IMG/VR virus record: IMGVR_UViG_3300009164_000055 | Origin: a virus | Lineage: Duplodnaviria > Heunggongvirae > Uroviricota > Caudoviricetes | DNA length: 26,461 nucleotides | Strand: one strand, 5' to 3' | Part shown: piece after piece, positions 12,765-21,818 of the stretch | How positions within the stretch are numbered: the stretch's first letter is position 1 | Layout of the letters: every line of letters starts with the position of its first letter | The notes under the pieces: generated by a model | Told to the model about the DNA's origin: nothing | Seen by the model: only the letters and a program-made list of their open reading frames with translations | The model's database searches: none | Program-made: the position numbers and the translations under genes

Positions 12765-15317
12765 ATGAAGTTTTATACTAGTGCCTATTCAACTAAGAAT
12801 GATATTCTTGTTCGTGGTATCAAAGATGGTAAGCCTTTTGCAGAAAAGGTGAAGTATAAGCCATATTTGTTTGTCAACACGAAGAATGATGAGCAGACGA
12901 AGTATAAGGACGTTAATGGAACTCCCGTTTACCGCATGGATTTTGATTCCATGTCTGATGCACGTGAATTTACTAAGAATTATTCTCATGTAGATAACAT
13001 GACCGTGTATGGTATGACAAGGTTCACCTACACATATTTGAATGATGAATACCGCACAATTGATTATGATCCATCACAGATTTCTGTAGTCGGTCTGGAT
13101 ATTGAAACTGCGAAGAAGGCAGGTGGTGGGTTTGCGTCTGCTGAAGTTGCTGATGCACCTATCACGGCCATCACTATCTCTCGTAATGGTTTCAAGGCTT
13201 CATTCGGCTACAAAGACTATGTAGAGCACAAAGAAAACATCAGGTACTATCGTTGCGCTGATGAAGAGGCAATGCTACGTTGCTTCCTTACCGTATGGAA
13301 TAGTTCTGAATTCTGCCCTGATGCTGTGACAGGATGGAACATTGAATTCTACGATGTTCCTTTCCTCGTCAATCGTATTGAGCGTGTGCTTGGTGAAGGT
13401 GCTTCAAAGAAGCTATCACCATGGGGCAGGATTAACTCTTACGAACAAGAAATCATGGGTAGGGTTAACAAGAGCTATGAGATTGTTGGTGTTGCTAACC
13501 TTGACTACATGCAGGTGTACAAGAAGTTCATTCTTTCGCCACGTGAATCATATGCGCTTGACTATATTTGTCAGCTTGAACTTGGCGTAAACAAGCTTGA
13601 TTATTCTGAGTATGGTTCGCTTCATGATCTGTATGAAAAGAACTTTCAACTATACATGGAATACAACATCCATGACGTTGACTTGATCGATATGCTTGAA
13701 GCTAAGCTAAAGCTGATTGAGATGGTATTTGCCATTGCATATGATGCTAAGGTAAACTTCGAAGATGCATTGACCTCAGTTCTTCTATGGGATGTTATTA
13801 TTCATAACTATCTGTTGTCTTTCAACACTGTTGTAAAGCCACAGGAAAACAATGTACCAGAGCATTCTATTGTTGGTGGTTATGTGAAAGACCCGCATAT
13901 TGGGTTGACTAAGTGGCCTGTATCATTTGACCTTACATCACTGTATCCACACCTTATCATGCAATATGGTATTGGACCAGAGAACCTTGTCAAGCGTATG
14001 GAATTTAACATTGATGAATTCCTTGCTATCTATGATGCTGGTTTTCTAGATACCACTGATGAACGTCTGAGGGATACCCTTACATTTAAGGCATTGAAGT
14101 ATGCTCATGAGCATAACCTATCATTGACTGCGAATGGTGCGCTGTATAGTCGTGAGAAGCAGAGCTTCCTTGGTGAGCTAATGAACCGCATGTTCATTGA
14201 GCGCAACGAGTACAAGGGCTTGATGATGGATGCCAAGAAGGAATATGCACAGACAAAAGCACCTGAGCTTCTTAATACCATTTCAAAGTACAACAACCTT
14301 CAGCAAACACGTAAGGTTAATCTGAACTCTGCTTATGGTGCATGTGCTAACAAGTACTTCCGCTGGTTTAGTACTCCTGTTGCTGAGTCGATTACAACAT
14401 CTGGGCAGCTATCAATTCGCTGGATTGAGATGAAGCTTAACCGATATCTCAATAAGCTACTTGGTACTGCTGATGTTGATTATGTTGTAGCAATCGATAC
14501 TGATTCGGTTTATATTCGCCTTGACACCATGGTTGATAAGTTCTTTCCCGATAAGAACACGAAGAAGACTGTTGCCATGCTTGACAAGATTTGTCAGGAA
14601 AAGCTACAGCCATTCATTACAAAGTCGTATGAAGAGCTTGCAACACTAATAAATGCACGTGAGAACAAGATGTTCATGAAGCGTGAAAACATTGCTGATA
14701 AGGCTATCTGGATTGCCAAGAAGCGTTACATCATGAATGTCCATGACAGTGAAGGTGTTGCTTATGATGAACCTGATCTTAAGATGATGGGGATTGAAGC
14801 TATTCGTTCTTCCACACCAGGTATCGTTCGTGCTGCAATTAAGAAGTCTCTTCATATCATCATGAATTCAGATGAAGCTGCTCTACAGCAATATGTGATT
14901 GACTTTGAAAAGGAATTCTTTGCAAGTCCGTTTGAAGTGGTTGCTTTCCCTCGTGGTGTAAGTGATCTAGAAAAGTATGCCGACAAGAATAAAGTGTTTG
15001 GTTTCAAAACTCCTGTTCACGTTAAAGGATCACTCTTTTTCAATCACATCGTAGAAAAAATGAAGTTGAGTAATAAATATGAGAAGATTTCTAGTGGAGA
15101 TAAGATCAAGTTCTGTTATCTCAAAGAGCCTAACATCTACAGAACACCAGTGATTTCTTGTGGCGCAGTAGTTCCAGAAGAGCTTGACTTGAAGCGTCAT
15201 ATTGACTATGATACACAATTCGAGAAGGCATATGTCTCTCCGCTCTCTAATATTACTGATGCGATTGGTTGGAAATTAGTAGATAGACCAACACTAGATA
15301 AGTTTTTTGGAGAATAA
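12765..15317 (+). CDS. 43: family B DNA polymerase (T4 gp43-like)
   Basis: DIET exonuclease motif, GWN..FYD, SFDLTSLYP, K..LNSAYG, AIDTDS, KKRY. Confidence 0.97.
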   Translation: MKFYTSAYSTKNDILVRGIKDGKPFAEKVKYKPYLFVNTKNDEQTKYKDVNGTPVYRMDFDSMSDAREFTKNYSHVDNMTVYGMTRFTYTYLNDEYRTIDYDPSQISVVGLDIETAKKAGGGFASAEVADAPITAITISRNGFKASFGYKDYVEHKENIRYYRCADEEAMLRCFLTVWNSSEFCPDAVTGWNIEFYDVPFLVNRIERVLGEGASKKLSPWGRINSYEQEIMGRVNKSYEIVGVANLDYMQVYKKFILSPRESYALDYICQLELGVNKLDYSEYGSLHDLYEKNFQLYMEYNIHDVDLIDMLEAKLKLIEMVFAIAYDAKVNFEDALTSVLLWDVIIHNYLLSFNTVVKPQENNVPEHSIVGGYVKDPHIGLTKWPVSFDLTSLYPHLIMQYGIGPENLVKRMEFNIDEFLAIYDAGFLDTTDERLRDTLTFKALKYAHEHNLSLTANGALYSREKQSFLGELMNRMFIERNEYKGLMMDAKKEYAQTKAPELLNTISKYNNLQQTRKVNLNSAYGACANKYFRWFSTPVAESITTSGQLSIRWIEMKLNRYLNKLLGTADVDYVVAIDTDSVYIRLDTMVDKFFPDKNTKKTVAMLDKICQEKLQPFITKSYEELATLINARENKMFMKRENIADKAIWIAKKRYIMNVHDSEGVAYDEPDLKMMGIEAIRSSTPGIVRAAIKKSLHIIMNSDEAALQQYVIDFEKEFFASPFEVVAFPRGVSDLEKYADKNKVFGFKTPVHVKGSLFFNHIVEKMKLSNKYEKISSGDKIKFCYLKEPNIYRTPVISCGAVVPEELDLKRHIDYDTQFEKAYVSPLSNITDAIGWKLVDRPTLDKFFGE

Positions 15318-15318
15318 A

Positions 15319-15570
15319 ATGAAAGACTTAAAGTTAGATGACGATTTTGACTTTGGATTTACCACTGTTGGTGAGGATGAGTTTGTAGCTCGTGAGCAAG
15401 AAGCTACGAGTAACGCAGATACTAAAGTACAAAAGATGCATAATATGATTGTGCCGCTTTTGAATAACTTAGCCAAAGATGCAGATATAAAGGAATACAT
15501 ATATTGGCCAAACCGCAAAGAAAAAATAGCCGAGTTTATAAAAAAGCTCGACCAAATTCTAGAATCTTAA
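15319..15570 (+). CDS. hypothetical protein
   Basis: GGAG SD then ATG at 15319; DFDFGFT...IYWPNR. Confidence 0.75.
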   Translation: MKDLKLDDDFDFGFTTVGEDEFVAREQEATSNADTKVQKMHNMIVPLLNNLAKDADIKEYIYWPNRKEKIAEFIKKLDQILES

Positions 15571-15581
15571 CCAATTATATT

Positions 15582-16415
15582 GTGATGGGAGCAGCATTGC
15601 TTCTGTCTACAATATCAGCATTCTATTCTATTGTCGGACTTGCTTCAATTTTTTCTGGTGCTTTCTGGGCAATTATTGTGCTTGGTATCACCCTAGAAAT
15701 TTGTAAGGTGTCATCAGTTGGGTGGTTAAGTTCTCATTGGAGCATCGCACCACTATCGTTAAAGTTATATTTAATTCCTGCTGTATTAATATTGATGCTG
15801 ATCACAAGCATGGGAACCTTTGGTTATCTATCAAAGGCACATCTTGCTCAGTCTGCACAGATAAATCAATCTCAGTTTCAAATTCAGCCACTTGAATATC
15901 AAATCAAACTAGAAGAAAGCAAGTTACGTAATGCACAAACATCTTTGGATACTCTTGATAAGTTCGTTAATTCAAGCACTGACCAGAACGATGGAATTTA
16001 TATTCGTTCGAGGCAAACCAAAGAACGTAAGCAGATCAATGTTGAAATTGATGATTCGACTAGAAAACTTCAGAATCTTAATGCTCAACTCTTACCACTC
16101 AGAACTACTCAACAAGCAGCAGAAGCAGAAGTAGGCCCACTAAAATATATTTCTGAACTATTATATGGTAAGGATGCGGAAAATCATTTTGATGATGCGG
16201 TTAGAGCAGTGATTATCCTTATCGTAATAGTGTTTGATCCATTAGCAATAATTCTTTTGATTGCAGCTAACTTTGGTCTTGCTTATAAAGTCAAAAAGAA
16301 ATATGCTAACAGTAGATCAAAAGTCTTAGAAATTGGTCGTGATCAAATTCTAAAGAATTATGATAAAAAAACCAAGAAGGTTATTTTGAATAAAAGTGAA
16401 ATTTTAAACCTATAA
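15582..16415 (+). CDS. membrane-anchored coiled-coil protein (3 N-terminal TMs, coiled coil, C-terminal TM)
   Basis: Hydropathy pattern and heptad-rich middle region. Start uncertain (GTG 15582 or ATG 15585; the ORF track starts at 15504). Confidence 0.7.
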   Translation: MMGAALLLSTISAFYSIVGLASIFSGAFWAIIVLGITLEICKVSSVGWLSSHWSIAPLSLKLYLIPAVLILMLITSMGTFGYLSKAHLAQSAQINQSQFQIQPLEYQIKLEESKLRNAQTSLDTLDKFVNSSTDQNDGIYIRSRQTKERKQINVEIDDSTRKLQNLNAQLLPLRTTQQAAEAEVGPLKYISELLYGKDAENHFDDAVRAVIILIVIVFDPLAIILLIAANFGLAYKVKKKYANSRSKVLEIGRDQILKNYDKKTKKVILNKSEILNL

Positions 16416-16439
16416 AAAAAAACAAAATAAGCTAAATAA

Positions 16440-16514
16440 GAACGCTCTTCCTGAACGGGAAGATTATACGTAAAAATAAGCAAAGATCAGAACATTCTTC
16501 CCGAACGGGAATTT
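16440..16514. repeat. two 25-bp imperfect direct repeats, each a GAAC-loop hairpin, in the uvsX leader
   Basis: GAACGCTCTTCCTGAACGGGAAGAT (16440-16464) and GAACATTCTTCCCGAACGGGAATTT (16490-16514); 20/25 identical, 50-bp period. Confidence 0.8.
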
Positions 16515-16528
16515 TAAAGGAAAAATAC

Positions 16529-17662
16529 ATGTCACTAATGGATAGACTAAAGAAAACATCAACAATTAAGGACAGCGCAATCCTGTCTAAGTCAAAGTTC
16601 TTCACTAAGAAGGACATGATTCCAACATCAATTCCAGCAATCAATATCGCACTATCCGGTAGTCTAGACGGTGGTCTAACGCCGGGCCTTACTATGTGGG
16701 CTGGACCTTCAAAGCACTTTAAGACGGCTTTCTCGCTCTTGATGGCAAAATCCTACATGGACAAGTATCCTGAGTCTGTACTGCTGTTCTATGACAGTGA
16801 GTTTGGTACACCACAGGCATATTTCGAATCATTTGGTATTGATATGAATCGTGTGTTGCACACACCAATTACAGATATCGAACTATTGAAGTTTGATGCC
16901 ATGAAGCAGATTGAAGGGATTACACGTGATGAACGTGTAATCATCATCATCGATTCTATAGGCAACCTTGCTTCAAAGAAGGAAGTTGAAGACGCACTTG
17001 ACGGTAAGTCAACAACTGACATGACACGTGCTAAGCAGCTAAAGTCATTCTTCCGTATGGTCACACCACACCTTACAATCAAGGACATTCCTATGATTGC
17101 GGTCAACCATACCTACAAGACCCTTGAAATGTATGCTAGGGACGTTGTGGGCGGCGGTACTGGTTCGTACTACTCAGCCGATAACATCTTTATTATTGGT
17201 CGCCAACAAGAGAAGGACAAGAATGAATACGTTGGTTACAACTTCATTATCAATGTGGAGAAGAGCCGCTTCGTGCGTGAGAAGTCAAAAATCCCCGTTA
17301 CTGTTCTTCATGAAGGCGGTATTTCAAAGTGGTCTGGTCTGCTTGACATTGCAGAAGAATCAGGCCATGTTGTCAAGACAAAAATTGGTAACAGTACTGC
17401 TTACGCTAAAGTCGATATGGCAACTGGCGTAATTGACGAAGAAAACAAGGTCAAGACAAATAAAACAAATACATCTGCCTTCTGGCTCCCAATCCTAAAG
17501 GATAAGAGCTTCCGTGACTTTGTTGAAAAGAAGTACAGTGTTGCCCATGGTAATATTATTCAAGAAGAAGATAGTGTTTCTTCCATCATCAGTAATTTTG
17601 ATGACGAAGATGATGACTATGAAATAGTATCTGATGAAGATGAAGCAGTAACTTCAGAATAA
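16529..17662 (+). CDS. uvsX: UvsX RecA-like recombinase
   Basis: Walker A AGPSKHFKT, YDSEFG, IDSIGN, DMTRAK, acidic tail. Confidence 0.96.
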   Translation: MSLMDRLKKTSTIKDSAILSKSKFFTKKDMIPTSIPAINIALSGSLDGGLTPGLTMWAGPSKHFKTAFSLLMAKSYMDKYPESVLLFYDSEFGTPQAYFESFGIDMNRVLHTPITDIELLKFDAMKQIEGITRDERVIIIIDSIGNLASKKEVEDALDGKSTTDMTRAKQLKSFFRMVTPHLTIKDIPMIAVNHTYKTLEMYARDVVGGGTGSYYSADNIFIIGRQQEKDKNEYVGYNFIINVEKSRFVREKSKIPVTVLHEGGISKWSGLLDIAEESGHVVKTKIGNSTAYAKVDMATGVIDEENKVKTNKTNTSAFWLPILKDKSFRDFVEKKYSVAHGNIIQEEDSVSSIISNFDDEDDDYEIVSDEDEAVTSE

Positions 17663-17672
17663 CAATACCTTG

Positions 17673-17706
17673 CAGGTGTCCTTGGTCCTCAAACTAAGGA
17701 CACCTG
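17673..17706. other. 14-bp intergenic stem-loop without U-tract
   Basis: CAGGTGTCCTTGGT-cctcaa-ACTAAGGACACCTG between uvsX and 41. Confidence 0.7.
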
Positions 17707-17742
17707 TATCTACTATGGTTTACTGCTACACAAGGAAAAGAA

Positions 17743-19125
17743 ATGTCGCTTGAAAGTGTTATCTTCAATAACCTAATTAATAATGAAGACTATGGTCGTA
17801 AGGTTATCCCCTTCCTAAAAACAGAATATTTTCATAACAAAATCGATCAGGTTGTATTTGAACTGATCGATAGCTATGTCACAACATACAATGCTTTCCC
17901 GACTAAGGAAGTGTTGATGATTGACCTAACCAACTATACTGGAATTTCAGACGATCAGTTTACTGAGTGTAAGGTTGCTATTGATCAAATTCCTAGTCAG
18001 TCTGATGGACTGTCAAAGGTTGAATGGTTGATTGATCAGACTGAGGCATTCTGCCAAGAAAAGTCTATTCACAATGCTATTATGAAGTCGATTGAAATTC
18101 TTGGTGATAACAAGGGTGGATTGACGAAGGGTGCTATTCCAGACTTATTGTCTTCTGCTCTTGCAGTATCGTTTGATACATCAATTGGCCATGACTTTCT
18201 AGCTGATACCGATTCTCGTTTTGAATTCTACCATCGTAAGGAAGAACGCATTCCTTTTGATATTGAATATCTAAACAAGATTACTAAGGGTGGCCTACCT
18301 AGAAAGACACTGAATGTTATTCTTGCTGGTACTGGTGTTGGTAAGTCATTGGCTATGTGTCATATGGCTTCTGCCAATCTAGTTGGTGGTAAGAATGTTC
18401 TCTACATCACCATGGAAATGGCAGAAGAGAAGATTGCAGAGCGTATTGATGCTAACTTATTGAATGTACCACTGGATCAGTTGTATAACATTCCAAAGGA
18501 TTTATATGATAAAAAACTTACTCGCCTACGTGAAAAGACAGTTGGAAAACTTATTATTAAAGAATATCCAACTGCATGTGCTGGTTCTGCGAATTTCCGC
18601 CATCTTCTAAACGAACTGAAGATCAAGAGAAACTTCATACCAGACATTATCTATATCGACTATCTTAATATCTGTAGCTCTTCACGTATGAAGCAAGGTG
18701 GCAGTGTCAACTCATACACATACATCAAGGCTATTGCTGAAGAGCTTCGTGGTCTAGCGGTAGAATTCAATGTTCCTATCGTAACAGCCACACAAACAAC
18801 ACGTGGTGGGTTTGACAACAGCGATGTTGGTCTAACTGACACTTCCGAATCATTTGGTTTGCCAGCAACGGCTGACCTTATGTTTGCGCTGATTTCAACA
18901 GACGAACTTAAGCAGCTAAACCAGATCATGGTAAAGCAGTTGAAGAACCGTTATGCTGATCCTGAAATGTATAAGCGTTTCATTATTGGTGTTGACAAGT
19001 CACGTATGAAGTTGTATGATGCTGAAGAAAATGCACAAGACGATCTTGTTAAAGATACAGTTGCACCTAATACAGCATTCGGACAAAAGGCAAGTAAGAA
19101 ACCATCTTTTGATGATTTTAAGTGA
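17743..19125 (+). CDS. 41: replicative DnaB-like helicase (T4 gp41)
   Basis: AGTGVGKS Walker A, YITMEMAE, IDYLN, AEELRGLAV, SESFGLPATAD, KNRY. Confidence 0.96.
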   Translation: MSLESVIFNNLINNEDYGRKVIPFLKTEYFHNKIDQVVFELIDSYVTTYNAFPTKEVLMIDLTNYTGISDDQFTECKVAIDQIPSQSDGLSKVEWLIDQTEAFCQEKSIHNAIMKSIEILGDNKGGLTKGAIPDLLSSALAVSFDTSIGHDFLADTDSRFEFYHRKEERIPFDIEYLNKITKGGLPRKTLNVILAGTGVGKSLAMCHMASANLVGGKNVLYITMEMAEEKIAERIDANLLNVPLDQLYNIPKDLYDKKLTRLREKTVGKLIIKEYPTACAGSANFRHLLNELKIKRNFIPDIIYIDYLNICSSSRMKQGGSVNSYTYIKAIAEELRGLAVEFNVPIVTATQTTRGGFDNSDVGLTDTSESFGLPATADLMFALISTDELKQLNQIMVKQLKNRYADPEMYKRFIIGVDKSRMKLYDAEENAQDDLVKDTVAPNTAFGQKASKKPSFDDFK

Positions 19126-19136
19126 TAGGATCGAAT

Positions 19137-19346
19137 ATGAATTATAAGCTAGTTGATAGTAAAGATATGCTGTTTGAAGGTGAGTTCATGCTTCGTACAT
19201 GGGACTTGGTTGAAGTTCCTACAGGACTGTTGATCAAGTCTTCATTGAAGAAAGATGAAGCTAAAAACATGTTGCGTCATATGAATATGGGTGGTGCATT
19301 TAATGGTTTGACACCTGCATTTTTCTGCAACAGAATTTATAGTTAA
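19137..19346 (+). CDS. hypothetical protein
   Basis: ATG at 19137 after AGGA; 69 aa. Confidence 0.65.
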   Translation: MNYKLVDSKDMLFEGEFMLRTWDLVEVPTGLLIKSSLKKDEAKNMLRHMNMGGAFNGLTPAFFCNRIYS

Positions 19347-19359
19347 GAAAGGAAATATA

Positions 19360-19653
19360 ATGTTTTTTGAAGTTCCATATAAAACAGGAGATACAGTTTC
19401 TGTAAAGCTTATCTCTGGTGAAGAAGTTGTTGGTCGTATTGGTGAACTAGCTCAGGATGTTGTTATCCTTACTAAGCCAATGACCTTTATCATGGGTCCA
19501 CAGGGTCTTGGTATGGTCCCATACATGTTCTCTGCTCCACAGGACGCAAAGATCAAGATCAAGGAAAGTGCTATTGTCGCAATCGTCAAGACTGATGAAA
19601 ACGTCAATAAGCAGTACATTCAGCAAACAACTGGATTAAAGTTGGCTTCGTAA
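19360..19653 (+). CDS. hypothetical protein, possible Sm/LSm-like beta-barrel fold
   Basis: GDTVSVKLISGEEVVGRI...VILTKP pattern resembles the Sm1 motif; strong AAGGA SD. Confidence 0.6.
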   Translation: MFFEVPYKTGDTVSVKLISGEEVVGRIGELAQDVVILTKPMTFIMGPQGLGMVPYMFSAPQDAKIKIKESAIVAIVKTDENVNKQYIQQTTGLKLAS

Positions 19654-19662
19654 AAAAAAGTA

Positions 19663-19719
19663 TTGACAGTTTCTTTTGTATCGCCTATAACAGGATCAAC
19701 GAAACGAAAGGAACTGTCA
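19663..19719 (+). promoter_or_regulatory. early promoter + leader cassette, copy 4
   Basis: TTGACA, 17 nt, TATAAC (19686-19691); leader ATCAACGAAACGAAAGGAACTG to ATG at 19720. Confidence 0.8.
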
Positions 19720-19986
19720 ATGACCATCGAAATCAACACCGCCGATTGCGTTTTTAAGAAAGCCAGCAAGGCTCTTTATATCTCTGCTGAGCAAGTTCAA
19801 GGTCGTGGTTTTCCAAAGGAACTATTGGTTAGGTCTGCTGATACTGATCGGGTTGTACATTTTACGCCTATTCGTGAAGGTCATCCTCGCTTTGATTATG
19901 ATTTCTGGGACGGTGAGATGGCGATTTACGAGCCTGATACGGCTCTTCGTAATGTGGATATTCTGGTTATTAGTTATGGTATGTGA
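19720..19986 (+). CDS. hypothetical early protein (88 aa)
   Basis: ATG at 19720 after AAGGA; the ORF-track TTG start is the -35 box. Confidence 0.75.
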   Translation: MTIEINTADCVFKKASKALYISAEQVQGRGFPKELLVRSADTDRVVHFTPIREGHPRFDYDFWDGEMAIYEPDTALRNVDILVISYGM

Positions 19987-20386
19987 GAAGTACTTCAAGG
20001 TACTACAAAAAGTTGCTGAAGCCGTGGAGCCTGTGTCTAGAAGTAGACAGAGGCTTTCAGCTTGTTTGGTTTATAAGAATGAAATTATTGGGATGGGCTT
20101 CAACAAAAAGAAGTCGCATCCCTTTCAGCGTAAGTTTGCCAAGCACGAAGAAGCCATCTATCTTCATGCTGAGATTGATGCTATTAAGAATGCACTGAAG
20201 GTTGTCGATGCTGATATCATCAGTAAGAGTACGCTATATATTATGCGGGTGAAGTTTGAAGACACGAATGCAAAGAAGTTTGTTCGTGGTTTGTCTAAAC
20301 CTTGTGAGGGATGTGAACGTGCTATTGCACAGTTTGGCATCAAGAAAGTTTATTATACTACAGAAGAAGGTTTTGATTATCTATGA
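19976..20386 (+). CDS. CMP/dCMP-type Zn-dependent deaminase-family protein
   Basis: HAEIDAI and KPCEGC motifs; ATG at 19976 is the likely start. Confidence 0.8.
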   Translation: MVCEKYFKVLQKVAEAVEPVSRSRQRLSACLVYKNEIIGMGFNKKKSHPFQRKFAKHEEAIYLHAEIDAIKNALKVVDADIISKSTLYIMRVKFEDTNAKKFVRGLSKPCEGCERAIAQFGIKKVYYTTEEGFDYL

Positions 20387-21009
20387 AATCATCTTATTAT
20401 AACTATAGAGAAATTCCAATTGAACTTTTTAAGAAAAGAATTAAATATCATAATGATGGGTCACTATCATGGAAATTTTCTAGTGATTTAAATAATCATT
20501 GGAATTCAAAAAATGCTAATAAAAAGGCTGGCTGTATAGGTAATAGATATAAAAAAATATGTCTTACTTATAATGGTAAAAAATATTATATCTCTAATCA
20601 TGTTGTTGTTTTTATTCTAAATAAAAACAAATATCCTGATAATATGTTAGATCATATTAATGGAATAAAGACCGATAATCGCATAGAAAACTTAAGAGAA
20701 GCAGATAGCTATCAGAATGCTTTAAATAGACCAGCTTTAGAAAATAAAACAAGTCAATATAAAGGTGTTAGTTGGGTAAAAAATAGAAACTCTCCAAAAA
20801 AATGGGCAATTGCAACTACAGTAAGAGGAGTTGCTCATTCAATGAAATATTTTTATGATGAACTAGAGGCAGCAATAGCTTACAATAAACTAGTTAAAAA
20901 CTTTCATGATTCAGAATTTTCTTATATGAACGATATAAGTAATGGATACACCAACAAAGAATATCCAAACAAGCCCAGAGGGTGGAGTGAAGAAAAGGTA
21001 GCAGCATGA
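20383..21009 (+). mobile_element. free-standing HNH homing endonuclease with AP2-like C-terminal domain
   Basis: LDHINGIKTDNRIENLR, TSQYKGVSW, EAAIAYN; visibly more AT-rich than its neighbours. Confidence 0.88.
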
Positions 21010-21818
21010 AGAATTTGATTATCGGTGGTTATACCAACTACCAATACGAAATGATTAAACCATGGGTGAAGTCGATTGGTGAAGTGTGTGATCCAGCAAC
21101 AACCGACAAGGTTATGGTCGTTGGCAACACGACACAGGAAGCTATTGATGCACTAACCGCTGATGGTTGGATTCTCGTACCAATGGCTGAAGGACAGCCA
21201 CATGTGGTTCGCTTCTTCAGCATCTTTGACTATCTCAAGGACAACTGGCAGAAGTACAAGTATGTTGTCACCACTGATGTTCGTGACGTTATCTTTCAGG
21301 CTGATCCTTTCCAGCATCTTAAAGATGAGCTTGATGAACACAATCTGATTTGTGGTTCTGAGAGCATTCAGTACAAGAATGAACCATGGGGTGATGAGAA
21401 CCTTCTACAGTGCTATGGTCCATATGTCCATAAACTGTATAGAGATAAGGAAATCTACAACGTAGGTGTCCTTGGTGGTCGCTCTGAGTACGTCAAAGAC
21501 TTGGTGCTCAACATCGCTATTAACTCTATCAATCGTCCTATTCCGATTGTTGACCAAGCTGTTTTCAACATGCTGATGAACACACAGCCATATCAGGATA
21601 CAGTGTTCTTTGCCAAGCAGGAAAATGCATGGGCATGTCAGGCTGGCACTGTTGCTGATCCTCGCCGTATGGATGAGTTTCGTCCACATCTGCTAGAACC
21701 AGAACCAGTTTGGAAGGATGGTAAGGTGTACACATGGAATGGTGCACTCTTTACTATCGTACACCAGTATGATAGAGTACCTGAATGGAACAAGGTGATC
21801 CTAGAAAGATATAAATGA
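21006..21818 (+). CDS. putative glycosyltransferase (GT-A-like)
   Basis: TTDVRDVIFQ DxD-type motif, NVGVLGG, DQAVFN, IVHQYDR. Confidence 0.65.
   Translation: MKNLIIGGYTNYQYEMIKPWVKSIGEVCDPATTDKVMVVGNTTQEAIDALTADGWILVPMAEGQPHVVRFFSIFDYLKDNWQKYKYVVTTDVRDVIFQADPFQHLKDELDEHNLICGSESIQYKNEPWGDENLLQCYGPYVHKLYRDKEIYNVGVLGGRSEYVKDLVLNIAINSINRPIPIVDQAVFNMLMNTQPYQDTVFFAKQENAWACQAGTVADPRRMDEFRPHLLEPEPVWKDGKVYTWNGALFTIVHQYDRVPEWNKVILERYK

Noticed and set aside
16440-16506. Alphaproteobacterial LexA (SOS) box upstream of uvsX
   Set aside because: The alphaproteobacterial box is GAAC-N7-GAAC (GTTC-N7-GTTC); both units here are GAAC-N9-GAAC, so the spacing does not fit.
12765-19125. Intein or intron in polymerase, UvsX or helicase
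   Set aside because: The ORFs are continuous, of ordinary length and without intein motifs.
1349-19805. ORF-track upstream starts at 1349, 1920, 2881, 11127, 15504, 19663 and 19805
   Set aside because: These fall in promoters (two are the TTG of TTGACA) or inside upstream genes; downstream starts with an SD or gene-overlap fit were preferred.
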